64,000 nt of DNA, from contig NW_014577068.1 of assembly GCF_000485595.1 (NCBI RefSeq), positions 246,626 to 310,625 of the forward strand. Direction: 5' to 3'. The position numbers and the translations under genes are program-made. Positions 13,949 through 27,918 of this stretch are shown here, one piece after another; position 1 is the first letter of the stretch, and every line of letters begins with the position of its first letter. The notes beneath the pieces are model-generated. The model had not been told where the DNA came from, did not search any database, and saw nothing but the letters and a program-made list of their open reading frames with translations. The DNA comes from Priapulus caudatus. Its lineage: Eukaryota.

Positions 13949-14079
13949 CAACAGCCGTGAGATTCGTTACGAAGAGATTTATTGGCGACTACGACCCAAC
14001 ACTGGAGAGAGTATATACGACTAAAGCAGAAGTCGACGACGACGTGATTATCTTCGAAGTACTCGACACCGCTGGGCAG
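13949..14079 (+). CDS. RERG/RASL11/RASL12-family small GTPase, coding exon 2 (clean copy)
   Basis: TTTCAG acceptor; (A)[22 protein letters not shown]...EVLDTAGQ covers switch I and the G3 DTAGQ motif. RFxTKRFIGxYD is typical of this family. GT donor at 14080; 131 nt, phase 1-0. Confidence 0.9.
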
Positions 14080-14677
14080 GTACAAGATAACGCACTGTAC
14101 CATAGAGTGTAATCATTGCGTTAGTATAATTTGCATTTTTATGCGAGAAAAATTTGTCAGACCATATGAAATTAAAGGGGCGATAAAAATTGAAACATTT
14201 GTTGTACACCCATAAATAGAGCGTCTAAAACTACTCATAAACAGCAGTAATAACACTAACGTCGGCGGGAAAGTCGAATAATCGATCGTTTTCATTTCCG
14301 GTTAAGATGCTATGTCTCAATTCGCTTTAAGAATTTTTGGTCGAGGTTATTCTAAATTTGGCGAAGATGAATTATGTCGAATAATGATTACCTGGACGAA
14401 ATAGTGCATGTCATATTCTACATAGCTGTTAACTATTTAGCAGGTGGCTGAAAATTGAAATGGCGTCAGAAGTATTAACCCATCAGGCGTGATGTAATAT
14501 GAGAGACGATGCTAATAGTGATAACACTAATTGTATCAGACTCACATAATGAGTCTTTGTCATAGAGTCGTGATTGAGTGTTATTGTGTTACAGCTGATT
14601 AGACAGCTATGTTCGCGAGATGATGCAAGTCAGTCCCATTCATTACCATATAGTCACTGTGAGCGGGTTCGTTTCAG

Positions 14678-15298
14678 GACATGGAGGACATATCTGCTCG
14701 CATAGAGGACCATATACGATGGGCCGACGGCTATGTCATCATGTACTCCATCAACGACAAGTGCAGCTTCGACGAATGCATGCGCTTAAAATTCCTCATC
14801 AACCACATCCGCAAGCGAGGTCGCAAACTGAGCCACGGACACGCGAACGAGTGCCCTGTAATACTCGTCGGCAACAAGTCAGACATGATCGGCGACCGCA
14901 TGGTGTCCTTCGAGCAGGGTAAGCGCCGCTCGCTCGAGCTCGCCTGCGTCAACTTTCACGAGATCTCGGCGCGCGAGAGCTACGGCGAAGTGCTGCTCAT
15001 TTTCGAGGACCTGTACAGGAACTGGCGGCGCGTGAAGAAGGAGCACAAGGTGACGCGAGCCAACACGGACGAGGGCGTCAACAAGCTGCCGCGGCTCAGT
15101 CCGACGGCGAGTCCCTCTCGCAGATCACTCGAGGAGAAGACGAAGAGACCTGGCGAGCTGGTTCGATGGATTTCGGCGGACGCAGGCAAGCGGTCGAAGG
15201 ACGTCGACCTTCTAGAGGTTCCTACAGACGTGCTGAGCGAGAGACGCATGAGCGTGAGCATGCAGGGCAGCGTGTCGCAGCTATTCGTGCACGGATGA
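14678..15298 (+). CDS. RERG-family small GTPase, last coding exon (clean copy)
   Basis: TTTCAG acceptor; DMEDISARIEDHIRWADGYVIMYSI...VILVGNKSD (G4)...FHEISA (G5). Long basic, Ser-rich tail; TGA ends at 15298. No CAAX box, as expected for RERG-type proteins. Confidence 0.9.
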   Translation, partial: DMEDISARIEDHIRWADGYVIMYSINDKCSFDECMRLKFLINHIRKRGRKLSHGHANECPVILVGNKSDMIGDRMVSFEQGKRRSLELACVNFHEISARESYGEVLLIFEDLYRNWRRVKKEHKVTRANTDEGVNKLPRLSPTASPSRRSLEEKTKRPGELVRWISADAGKRSKDVDLLEVPTDVLSERRMSVSMQGSVSQLFVHG

Positions 15299-16237
15299 TG
15301 CTGTACTGTACGAACGCACCCAACCCCACTGATAAGGAGCTGCTGCGCTATTCGTGTCATCTAGGTCAAGTTGACCAGTGACATCTTATATTAGACTACA
15401 TAATAGGCTATTATAAGATCTCTGTGAAGATGCCTACTGAGGTTATACATCGCGGGACCTGCGCTGTGTAAGATGCTCGTCAATATGTGTAAGATGTTGG
15501 CCAATATGTGTAAGATGCTCGTCAATATGACTGCCGATGCTGCCTGCGGCTGCTGAGCCCACGTATCGACGCGTGCGGGCGTCTGCGTGCCAGGCGCTGC
15601 GCAGCTTACCGTGGTAGCGAGCCGAGAGTGAGTGTGGACTGCGTGTCTGCTAACACGCATTCGTCAGACGCGCACGCAGCCGCGAACTCACGTCGCAAGC
15701 AACTCCTAGGGGGAATTCGCTGATTCTTCTATTCGCGTTAGATTTGTTGCTGATTTATGTTGTGCGTTCGATCTGGAACTTTTACTCGCGCTGTTGCGGC
15801 CATATATGCGGCCGGTTCTGTGTATCAACGGTAGATCTGCAATCAGGTGTGCTTTCGAAAATTCTAAAGTTTATTTTGGCGTGGATTTTCGTTTCGATGG
15901 AAATGCGAATCGTAGTGTGCAACGTAACTCGTTAGAGGTCAGCGCTTTCTCATCCGTTGTATAACTCATATGCCGTAGATTCCATCCACTGTAGTAAAAT
16001 ATCAAGTCATTTCTCACTAGCGATGCCTTGTAATATTTCGGCTTTTATAAGTCGGCGATTACCCTCGTCGTGACAGTATTCGCACCTGTAACGAGAGCCT
16101 ATATCCGAGTACAGTATTACCTTTTATCTGAGCGAGCGTAATTAAAATAAGGTACCGAGTGTTGGAACTGAGAAGAAAGTGAACAGTGTGCGTTGACGCA
16201 ATAGCATCGAAGAGAGAGAGAGAGAGAGGGCGAAAGC

Positions 16238-16385
16238 ATGATCAGATCTGGTAAAACAAGTCGTCCCATGATTTCCCGCCAAGATGCCGTGTCCAGCCTG
16301 CTACGGCGTTTGCCGTCCAGCTCAAGGGACAAAGAGAAGTCGTTCCGCGTTCTGCTTCTAGGACAACCCGGGATCGGTAAAACAG
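16238..16385 (+). CDS. RERG-family small GTPase, coding exon 1 (P-loop)
   Basis: MIRSG...FRVLLLGQPGIGKT followed by G|GTAAG, 148 nt, phase 1. This phase matches exon 2, giving GKT-A-TAVRF. The three exons total 900 nt (299 aa plus stop). Confidence 0.85.
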
Positions 16386-16672
16386 GTAAGAATCCAGCGT
16401 CCATGAGTTATAGTCAACGGCAAGCTCGATCAATAAAGGTACCCACACACGCACGCGCGCACGCACTCACAAACGCTCGCAAGCATAAACGTACACGCAT
16501 ACGCAACCGCACGCGGACGCGCACAAGCACACGCACACGCACACGCACCACGCACCACGCACACACTCACGCACACTCACGCGCACGCACGCACACATAC
16601 ACCCAACACACGCACACACTTACAAGCACGCACGCACGCACGCACGCACGCACATATACACACGCGTACGCG

Positions 16673-16736
<64 letters not shown>

Positions 16737-19700
16737 ACACACACAGTCCAACGTTTGGCTCGTCACGGGACCGGTCAGTGGCTGTGTGCTTGCGTTAACC
16801 ACGCATAAAGCTCTGGCAGTCATCAAACGCATTTTGCTGCGAAGAGATTTCATTATAATCATTGCGAACAAGATTTTCACGTGTTCCTTTTGCTGTCTGT
16901 TGCTCTCTCTCTCTCTCTCTCTCTCTATCTCTTTCTCGTTCTCGCTATCTATCTCACTCTTTCTCTCTCGCTCTCGCTCTCGCTTTTTATCTCTCTTATT
17001 CTCGCTCTTAATCTCTGCCTCTCTCTCTCATTTTCATATTTACATAGGGGAATTTCGAAAATTGAATTATCGAACTCGTGTCGCCGTCAGTTGCTGCTAT
17101 CTTCACGCTTAACTGACCATTTTATTCTGAGGTTATTGATTCTGCTTTCGTACTCACAAGCGTCCTTTCGTGACTGTAAATCGACACATTCCACTTTTTT
17201 TGCATCGTGCGGTGGTGGTATTCATTAAACGTCGTCTAAACGCATTTTAACAAGCTCATGCAAAATATTTCAATGGCGGGCAGGGAACACACGAAGCGGT
17301 AGACTAAATCACCGAAGGATCCAGAACATCGACCCAATTCCACAGACATATGTTTGCGGCAGGTTGGTCGCCGCCGCCAGCAGAAATCCCGCACGAGTCT
17401 GCAGACAGCCGGTCTGATTAATATTGAACCGTAGGGCCGCACTAGCAACACTTAATGATATTGATTCTCGCTCCGTACAGTATTGCATTGCCAGTAACTC
17501 TAATGGGACTCGCCCGTTACATAATACACTGCTCTACGCCCAAGTCAACATTACGCGGGACATACGCGGCTCTGACAATTGATCAAATCAATTACACACA
17601 CCATGGTTAATATAGTTTCGTGCGTCCCAACTGGCAACGCATAGTGAAATTGATTCTTAGTCTATAGACTCGATATTGACTTTCGCCGAACGATATTAAC
17701 AGCTCTGAGCGAAATTCGTTTGCCAAATGCAAAGTGCACAATCACTGCTAATGAAAGCAAGCAGCTCTTCCATGACTGTCAATCACGAACTGTATATTAA
17801 TTGGCTGTGCCTGAAAATGACCACATTAACAAATTGTGTAATTCCCCAATTCGACGAATCGCTAAATCGCTAAACAATATCGCGTCGACTTTATCAACAA
17901 GAGAGCATGGGTTTTCCCTAGGCAGCGTGAGACCGTCGCTTGCTCTTGAATTTGCTAGACTGCAGCGACGCAAGACAATTCGGCTGGTTGTGCCACATTG
18001 CCTTCGCCTGCTTAGATTTTACGGGCGCGAGCGTGTACGCACTGTGTGCTAGTCGTGATAGAGCGTTGGTAGATCCGTTCCTCCAGGCACATTGATTACT
18101 GTGATAGAACGTTAAGCTGGCCGCTCTGCATCGATGTAAGTTCGCCGCTCGATCTGACCCGTTCGCACGCAAATCTGCACAGTAGCATGTACCGGCCGTC
18201 GTTTGCTATTAATTGTGTCGCGTGTATGTATATGCGTGTTCTTTTGTTTTTTTCTGCGTCCCAATTAAGCACTGCTTTAATTTGTGTGTAATAATTTTAT
18301 TCATAAATACATACGCGAGCGCACGCGCACGCACGCACACGCACACGCGCGCACACGCACGCGCACATACACACTCGCTCTCACACAGACCATAGCCGCA
18401 CGCACGCACGCACACACGCATGCGCACGTACGCCCGGCGTTGCTCGGGAAAACCCGCTTACGAACAACTTTCAGAGCAAATTCTGCCACCGATATTTACT
18501 TAATTCCAAGGATAGAGTCTTAACATAGAAACTAAATATGGAGGGGTAAACAATATTCTGACAAAAACAGTTGGAACACAACATAGCCTACAACATACAA
18601 CATTATTATGAAATTGCGCAAAGTTATTATGCATCTGTCTCTCTGGCTGTGCAAGCCTCGTCTCGCCTTTTAAATACACAATTGGTGACATCTGTCACGT
18701 GTCTCTCTCATCATTGGGATTCGCTTTACATCAAAATAATAATGAAAATTCTTATTAGTATTTGAAATAACTGCGTGTTAAGTATCGGAAGAGTTGACAA
18801 TTCGACTAACAATCAGCAGCATCTAGTGAGTGCACAAGACACATAGAATAGATCACATAGAAATGACAAAGGGAATATGCTGGTAGACTCTCAATTAATG
18901 TACAACACATTTGTAGGAACAAATCTTAGTTATATGGGCCGTTCTGGTAGAGAATAGTTTACGTACTAATATATATCCTATTAGATGCCGGATTGTGAAA
19001 TATCCCTCTCATTATAATTTCTCATAGTATCTCTCCATTATTACAAGCGTTTTGTGCTGCAGAGTATAAGCGACATAACCCGTTTGTTGACTGACCATAA
19101 TATCAATTTAACTACGATATCAGGTTTTAATGGGTTATTTTGACATTTTTAGGTAAGACGGGAAACCTTTAAACGTATATGGTCACATGCCATAGCAATC
19201 TACGGTACACATTTCTCATGGTGATCATGCACAAACCCAACTCGTCCTCCAGGCGTATGACTATTCAGCCATCGTTGGCTCAAACATCAGCCCTTCCCCT
19301 TATTTCTTCCTCGCTGTCGCTCTCTTTTTCTCTCTCTCTCTCTGTCTTCTTCTCTCTCTCACCGCCCTCTCTCTCTCTCCTTCTCTATTTTGCCCACATT
19401 TTTCCCGTCCGCCCGTGCACTGATCCGACATTATCGTCTATACGTTCAATCGTGCGCTTTTCCCTTATAATTATGTGTAGCCGTCTGTGCCTCTCGCATC
19501 CTTTTACTGCCTCTCACACCACCGTAACCAAATGTTGAAGATGGGTAAAATTAGGTTTATTTATTATTTATTTGTTTATTTATTTATTTGATTGTTTATT
19601 TATTTATATTATATTTATTCATTTATGCATTTAGATAAGGAATCGGGTATGAATTATTGTAACGTATAGTTGGAAATATACACGACGAGAGGCGTGCGTG

Positions 19701-20401
19701 TGTGTACTTTCTGGAGGTGCTTGAGTTATCATAGATCGTAACCAAGAACTAGTTTGCCTAATTGGCTCATGTCAATATTCGTAACAACGGCTCGTTAGCG
19801 CGACTCAACATGAACTGCTGTTCAAACTCTGAGAGACTGCGTGATGGCTGTCACCAGGCAGTCACGTCACCGACGCCATGTCGTGTCAGCGCTGAATCTT
19901 GCCCTGCATGGCTGCCTGTCTGGTTGCGAGCGGCATTTCGAGCGCCTTCACCCCGACCGTACGACGCACGGCCAGGCACGCAGCATTTGCAGCTTTCGTA
20001 CGCACATCCTGCATCTGCCGGCATGTACGGAAATTGTTCTCTCTCATCGCTATGCACGCACAATAATATCTTGCCAGAATCGCGGTTGCCATAGCAAAGC
20101 CAGAGACGCTTAGCACAGGACACGGTTACACAGCCGATCCCGCTGCAACATGCATGCTGTGTAGTGGCTCTGTTGTTGTCAGTCTTCGCTGCATGCTGTT
20201 AACACAAGACCTATATTTTCCTACATGATTTACATACCACTAACTACTGTTCTGCTGCCAATATTGCTCCGCATCCAACGTGAACGCAATAAGAGAAGTA
20301 CGTCTGATCACTATGATGGAATATGCACGGATCACACACTGCATTGTGTGGCCGCGATTCCCCCCCCCCTCTCTCTCTCTCTGTCTCTCTCTCTCTCTCT
20401 C

Positions 20402-20433
<32 letters not shown>

Positions 20434-20486
20434 ACCCCACACAGAAAAACCACCACACACACACACACACACACACACCACACACA

Positions 20487-20528
<42 letters not shown>

Positions 20529-20751
20529 CACACACACACACACACACACCAACACACACACACACACACACCACACACACACATATATATATATATATAT
20601 AATTATATATATATATAGGCTGCTCAACATTTGTGTGTGTTATATACGATATCTCCATAATATTTATCTTTGCACACGTTACTATACTTGCACGCAATAG
20701 CTTAACCTGGGCACTTATTGCATTTATTGCAATACTAATTCACTTATTTAC

Positions 20752-22286
20752 ATAATCATATAAAAAGTTAAGTCTCGTCTCACATAATAGCCACAACTAC
20801 ACCATAATGTAGTGTGCGTAAGCTAATTATATATGGTTTAGTCATGTTGCGCGTGGTACGTCAAACTTCATTATCATATTGTCTGCATCGCATATATTCA
20901 CTGATTTCACAATTATGTTAGTTTTACAGTTTACTTTTATTATGTTATTATGTTAACATGTTATGTGTTAATATGTTAATATTATGTTATCGTGTTACTA
21001 TGTTAATATTATATTGTTATTATGTTATTATGTTATTATGTTATTATGTTATTATGTTATTATGTTATTATGTTATTATGTTATTATGTTATTATGTTAT
21101 TATGTTATTATGTTACTATGTTATTAGGTTATTATGTCACTATGTTATTATGTTATTATGTTATTTTGTATAACATAAACATAAACATAAACATAACATA
21201 AACATAAACCTAACATAACATAACATAACATAACATAACATAACATAACATAACATAACATAACATAACATAACATAACATAACATAACATAACCATAAC
21301 ATAACATGACATAACATAGATCAACACAACGCAACACAACGCAACACAACACAACACAACACAACACACACACACAACACAACACAACACAACACAACAC
21401 AACACAACACAACAACAACTACAAACACAGCACAACACAACACAACATAACATAACATAGCATAACATACCATTGCACAGCACAACACAACACAACACAG
21501 CGCAAAGCAACTCAACGCAACGCAGCGCAACACAACATAACACAACAACATAACATAACATAACATAACATAACATAACATAACATAACATAACATAAAA
21601 TAACATAACATAACATAAACATAACATAACATAACATAACATTACATAACATAACATAACATAACATAACATAACATAACATAACATAACATAACATAAC
21701 ATAACATAACATAACATAACATAACATAACATAACATAACATAACGTAACATAACGTAAGAGACTGAGGGTCGAGGGTAACATTGATTTTCGATGAATTG
21801 AGTGTTTTAAATGATACGTGACATTCTCTGCACAACGCGGTACTTTTGGCAGCTATCTAACAAAATAAAATAAAATAAAATAAAATAAAATAAAATAAAA
21901 TAAAATAAAATAAAATAAAATATAATAAATTAATATAATATAATATAATATAATCAGGAGTATATAATAAAGATTCTTTATTATATACTTCTTCTATTAT
22001 ATACTCCTGATATAATATAATATAATATAATATAATATAATATAATATAATATAATATATATAATATAATATAATATAAATAATAATATAATATAATATA
22101 ATAACGATAAATCGTTAAGATAGCAGTAGTATTAATTGTGCTTTCTTTGGAAAAAGATGTAAATATAACATTAATGTAATCATGATAGTTTGTTCGTGCA
22201 AGGAAGCACTGGGCACGCCCCACTAATATATATATATATATATATATAGATACACACACACACACCACACGCACACACACACCACA

Positions 22287-22339
<53 letters not shown>

Positions 22340-24025
22340 GCATTTATATGGGGCGGCATCCAGGATTTTTGAAAAGGGGGTTTCCAGGAAGAAATAAAGG
22401 GCACTATTTCCTGCTTAATTTTTTTTTTGGTGTTTTAATAAGCTGGCGAGGCAGCTTACGCATGCGACTCAGCTTATGTCGCCACTTAGGGGGGACCTCC
22501 NNNNNNNNNNNNNNNNNNNNNNNNNCTTAATTCATATAAAAAGTTAAGTCTGTCTCACATATAGCCACAACTACACCATAAATGTAGTGTGCGTTAGCTA
22601 ATTATATATGTGTTTAGTCATGTTGCGCGTGGTACGTCAAAACTTCATTATCATATTGTCTGCATCGCATATATTCACTGATTTCACAATTATGTTAGTT
22701 TTACAGTTTACGTTATTATGTTATTATGTTAACATGTTAATGTGTTAATATGTTAATATTATGTTATCGTGTTACTATGTTAATATTATGTTATTATGTT
22801 ATTATGTTATTATGTTATTATGTTATTATGTTATTATGTTATTATGTTATTATGTTATTATGTTATTATGTTATTATGTTTATTATGTTATTATGTTACT
22901 ATGTTATTAGGTTATTATCGTCACTATGTTATTATGTTATTATGTTATTTGTATAACAATAAACATAAACATAAACATAACATAAACATAAACCTAACAT
23001 AACATAACATAACATAACATAACATAACATAACATAACATAACAAACATAACATAACATAACATAACAATAACATAACATAACATACTAACATAAATGAC
23101 ATAAATAGCATAATACAACACAACGCAACACAACGCACACAACCAACACAACACAACACACACAACACAACACAACACAACAAAACACAACAACACAACA
23201 CAACACACACAACACACAAAACACAGCACAACACAACACAACATAAAATAACATAGCTAACATACCATTGCACAGCACAACACAACACAACACAGCGCCA
23301 AAGCAACTCAACGCAACGCAGCGCAACACAACATAACACAACAACATAACATAACATACATAAACATAACATAACATAACATAACATAACATAAAAATAC
23401 ATAACACTTACATATATACTTAACATAATTATAACATATAACATAACATAACAAAAGATAACATAACATAACATAACATAACATAAACATAAATAACATA
23501 CATAACATAACATAACGTAACATAAGACGTAAGAGACTGAGGGTCGAGGGTAACATTGATTTTCGATGAAATTGAGTGTTTTAATGATACGTGACATTCT
23601 CTGGCACAACGCGGTACTTTTGGCAGCTATCTAACAAATAAATATAAAATAAAATAAAATAAAATAAAATAAATAAAATAAAATAAAATATAATATAATA
23701 TAATATAATATAATATATATAATCAGGAGTATATTAATGAAGATTCTTATATATTATCTTTTCTATTATATACTCCTGATATAATATAATATAATATAAT
23801 ATAATATAATATATATAATATTAATATAATATAATATAATATAATATAATATAATATAATATAATATAATATTAATAACAGATAAATCGTTAAGATAGCA
23901 GTAGTATTAATTGTGCTTTCTTTTGGAAAAAGATGTAAATATAACATTAATGTAATATGATAGTTTGTTCGTGCAAGGAAGCACTGGGCACCCCCACTAA
24001 TATATATATATATATATATATGTAG

Positions 24026-24092
<67 letters not shown>

Positions 24093-24246
24093 TTTATATG
24101 GGGCGGATCCAGGATTTTTGAAAAGGGGGTTTCCAGGAAGAAATAAAGGGCACTATTTCCTGCTTAATTTTTTGTGTGTTTTAATAAGCTGGCGAAGGCA
24201 GCTTACGCATGCGACTCAGCTTATGTCGCCACTTAGGGGGGACCTC
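20752..24246. repeat. Direct duplication of ~1.75 kb (20752-22500 / 22526-24246) across a 25-N gap, rich in (TATGT)n, (ACATA)n, (ACACA)n and (ATATA)n
   Basis: The two copies are colinear and the second has many single-base indels. Confidence 0.88.
22501..22525. other. Assembly gap (25 N); other gaps at 1689-2195, 3829-4261, 6832-6898, 8003-8348, 9813-10054 and 43224-43233
   Basis: N runs, almost all bordered by simple repeats. Confidence 0.99.
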
Positions 24247-24419
24247 CCAAGAAATTTGTTAAAAATTGGTGGCATTCTGAGAGCATCTGAACATAATTTT
24301 GATGTGTAGAATGCAAGATGTAATTCCAAATTTTTAGCAGAAAATTATTTTAATTTTTTTGGGGCACGTTGAAATAAAAAGGGGGTCCGGACCCCGAACC
24401 CCCCCCCTAGATCCGCCCC

Positions 24420-24421
<2 letters not shown>
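24098..24421. mobile_element. MITE with GGGGCGGATCCAG...CTAGATCCGCCCC termini (hAT-like); relatives at 22349-22500 and 50878-51172, a more distant one at 35758-36293
   Basis: Inverted termini plus a shared body (TTTTTGAAAAGGGGG...AGAAATAAAGGGCAC...AGAATGCAAGATG) in the copies at 24.1 and 50.9 kb. Confidence 0.7.
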
Positions 24422-24454
<33 letters not shown>

Positions 24455-26544
24455 TATTATCATTGGAGGAGAAGAGAGTGTGTGTGTGTGTGTACATATG
24501 TTGCGCAGAATGTAAAATGTAATGTACACATAGATATCGTATATATAGAAGGGTGTCGAATTTTCCGCTGTAGCGGTTCCCCTGTGCCGTGTTTCTGCGA
24601 ATTCTGCCGTCTTAAATCGGCTAAAACGCGGCTAGGTACGCGCCCAGTCTCCGTGTCACGTGTGGTTGTAATCGGTCTAGTAGTTTAGGAAAAGATCCGG
24701 CACCCACATACAGCCATTGCGCTTATAGCAAAGATTATATTTTCCAATTAGCAACGCTGTCGTTTGGACAAAAGACCATAGTTATATACCGTATAGTAAA
24801 TTATATTTCTTTTTCCATAGCTAAAAACCGGCTTAAGCGCGACCGCATTAGGCGCTGTGGCAAGCTTACATTGTGCATTGCCAAATAAATAAGGTCAAAT
24901 AATGGAAAGGTCAAATCCACATAAGCGTTGATCCAATGTGTCATGCGTGTCGTAGGTAAGCTCGTCACAGATTGGAAGAAGGTCGCGCTATGATTACGGC
25001 TTCAGGTTCTCCCCTGCAAAGAAAAGGTCATTAATTACGAGAAGGAACTACAATATAATACCGTGGCAGCACCGTCCGGTGCTATATGGCTATCGGCTGA
25101 CCTCAAGTGACCTCAGAGATCAAACTATGGTCAAACGAGCATAGCGTGCGTCTTGACCAGAGACCACGCTCATGTCCATGCAGAAATTCTCTGGATCTCT
25201 CCATTTACATAACGCACGAACAGCCACACACGCATCCTACTTTACACAGTACACACTCACACGCACAAGCGTGCTCGCACACAAAATGATTAAATTTACA
25301 CATTGCCTTACATTTTACAACCGTCGAAAGCTGTTCCCTATATTAAAGCAATATTGTTTGATTTGAAACCCAGTGGATGCATTCGAAAGCACTGGCGTGG
25401 ATCAACATGTAAGTAGAAAGGTCAGACATTTAGTGCTGGCTCACACCTAAATCTGAAATCATACAAAGTTGGTCTCCTTGTTGGCAACCCGGTTCATTAA
25501 GCACACGCTGTGCGGTTTTGCACGATATCAGCAACCACCATTACTCGCGTATTGCCTGGTTACTGCCGCGGATCTACGTTAAAATTTCGTTTGAATCGGT
25601 GCTGAATGCCTTTAGGGCGAACTTTATTGTAGCTCATATGCTGTTTCTGTGTTCAATGTAATATAATACAACGTGGAGCTGTTTTTAAGCTTATTTCAAT
25701 CTAGAATATGTCATACAATGTAGTTGTAAGCTCAACCATTTTTGTGGACTTGAAGCAGCCTTAAACGACACGGTTTCCTTGCTAATCCTTGCGTACGTTG
25801 TTTTTATCGCATGCAGGCGTCAGGATCCGGGTAAACGAGATATTTTCTGCAGAAAAATATTCTTCTTTCTTAAGAGAACGTTTTGGAAAAACATACAATC
25901 AAACCGACTTTCAGCTTCTAAGCGTAATCAGCACACAACACATTTTTAAAGCGAAATTTATGTGTACTGGACGCTGCGTGCATTGTACGGTGTGTGTTAC
26001 GTAACATTGCGACATGCTTGCGTAAAGTACAGGCACGCGTGTGAAACCTGGCAGACAGGAAAAGGAGTCGCTTTATCGGGAACTTTTCATGTATAGATCC
26101 TAACCTATTCTGACAAAGCTGGGACCACAATATATATATATATCAGGAGTAGATAATAGGGAATTCCCTATTATCTACTCCTCAATGTGAACCCGTGAGA
26201 GAGACCGGTACAACTGACTGAAAGACGTAGGAATGCTCGTAATTTTTCATGAATGCTATATAATGTGATTATAACGCACGTATACATACATAGCTCGCGA
26301 CGGCGGCGGCGGCCGATGCGTCGGCGACGGCGACGACGACAACTCCGTTAATAACAGCTTTGCATTTATAACACGAGAATAACTACAAGGACAACGAGAC
26401 GAGAGCGGTGCCGCGGTGCCCTGATCACCCTCCTCCCCGTGGCGTTCTTTCTCCTTCTCCTCCTCCTCCTCCTCGTGGCGCTCTTTCTCCTCTTCCTCCT
26501 CCTCCTCCTCCTCCTCCTCCTCTACTCCTCATATATATATATAT

Positions 26545-26599
<55 letters not shown>

Positions 26600-27918
26600 T
26601 GCGCATGTGTGTGCGTGTGTGTGCGCGCGCGCGTGTGTGTGTATGGAGACGGTAGAGGAGGTGGATAAGTAGCGATAGAAGAAAGTGGAAGGTTCAGTGT
26701 AGAACGCAAAATAATTGTTCGAGAACATATTCATCATTATGCATGGTTAGCGTACAATTATATATACGACGTTTTATTTACTCCTGTTAGAATATTTGCT
26801 TGATATCGTTATTATTCTTCGTATATTATGCTTTCGATCGTTGATTACTATCAGCAAGCTGGTGATCGTGATTAGAGCTTTCACTGCCCCCGCATGCGAA
26901 TGCTCGGTTAGCGGTCGAGTAAATGTCACATGTAGGATAGTGTAAATTCCGCCTCAAGCGACGCAGGATTTCAGCTTTGCATGATTACAGCCTGGAAGCT
27001 GAGTAGCAACTAATTCAGCTAATGACCTCGCTATTGGCTGGGCGAGCTTTGCCATGTCTTCGATCGTTTTCTGGCGCGCATCACTAGCGTGCCACAAGGC
27101 CGTTGTTGCACTTTAGATGCTATGGACGTGAGTAATCAGTCGAAATGGTCCCTCGATGTCATCTTAGCTGGCAACCTAAGTCTAAAGTGTCGGATCTTTG
27201 TTTTGAGTGCGTCGCCGTACGTGTAACAGAGACATCTACGCTGTTTCGTCGTAAAACGCCTGCGCAAAGGTTTAATCACTCCATACATGCGGTATCACAC
27301 CGAATGACGATAACAAATGAACTGTGACATCTTCTGGGAAAATTCTTGAGAGAAATACGTGCTTGCTTCGTTCGTAGTATAATATTGTTTCAACGACGGG
27401 ACCGACTACGACTGACTTCCTCAATTCTCTCATCTATGTTTCGTTACACACTTTGATCTGGTACGTGCTAATATCGTCCGTGTTGTAATCAGTGTAAGGC
27501 TGTAGTGTAATATCAGGAGTAGATAATAGTCCCTATTATCTACTCCTGGTAATATGAAGCTCGCCATGGTAGCGGGAGCCAATAGCATCGCACAGGCAGT
27601 AATCAGTGAACGTATAGTGGGATTCCACACGGTTGCAGGCGTAATTACGTTGACCGTACGTGGATTTCCGTATGGCTCTACAAGTAATCAATCATAAGGA
27701 TTACGTGCGCTCACTACAGCTAGCGCTAGAGGTCACCTTTGGGCCCACGTACGATGCGTCGAACCTGCAAAGCGGTCCCACAATTGACAGTGACAGAGAA
27801 CCAGTCAACTCTCTGTTGCAGATTTGTTCAACTATCTATTTATTGTTGATTCACTGGATTTTTTGGTTGTTATATTTGTGTTTTGTTTTCCTATAAGTGC
27901 TTCATCTAGAGCTAATAT

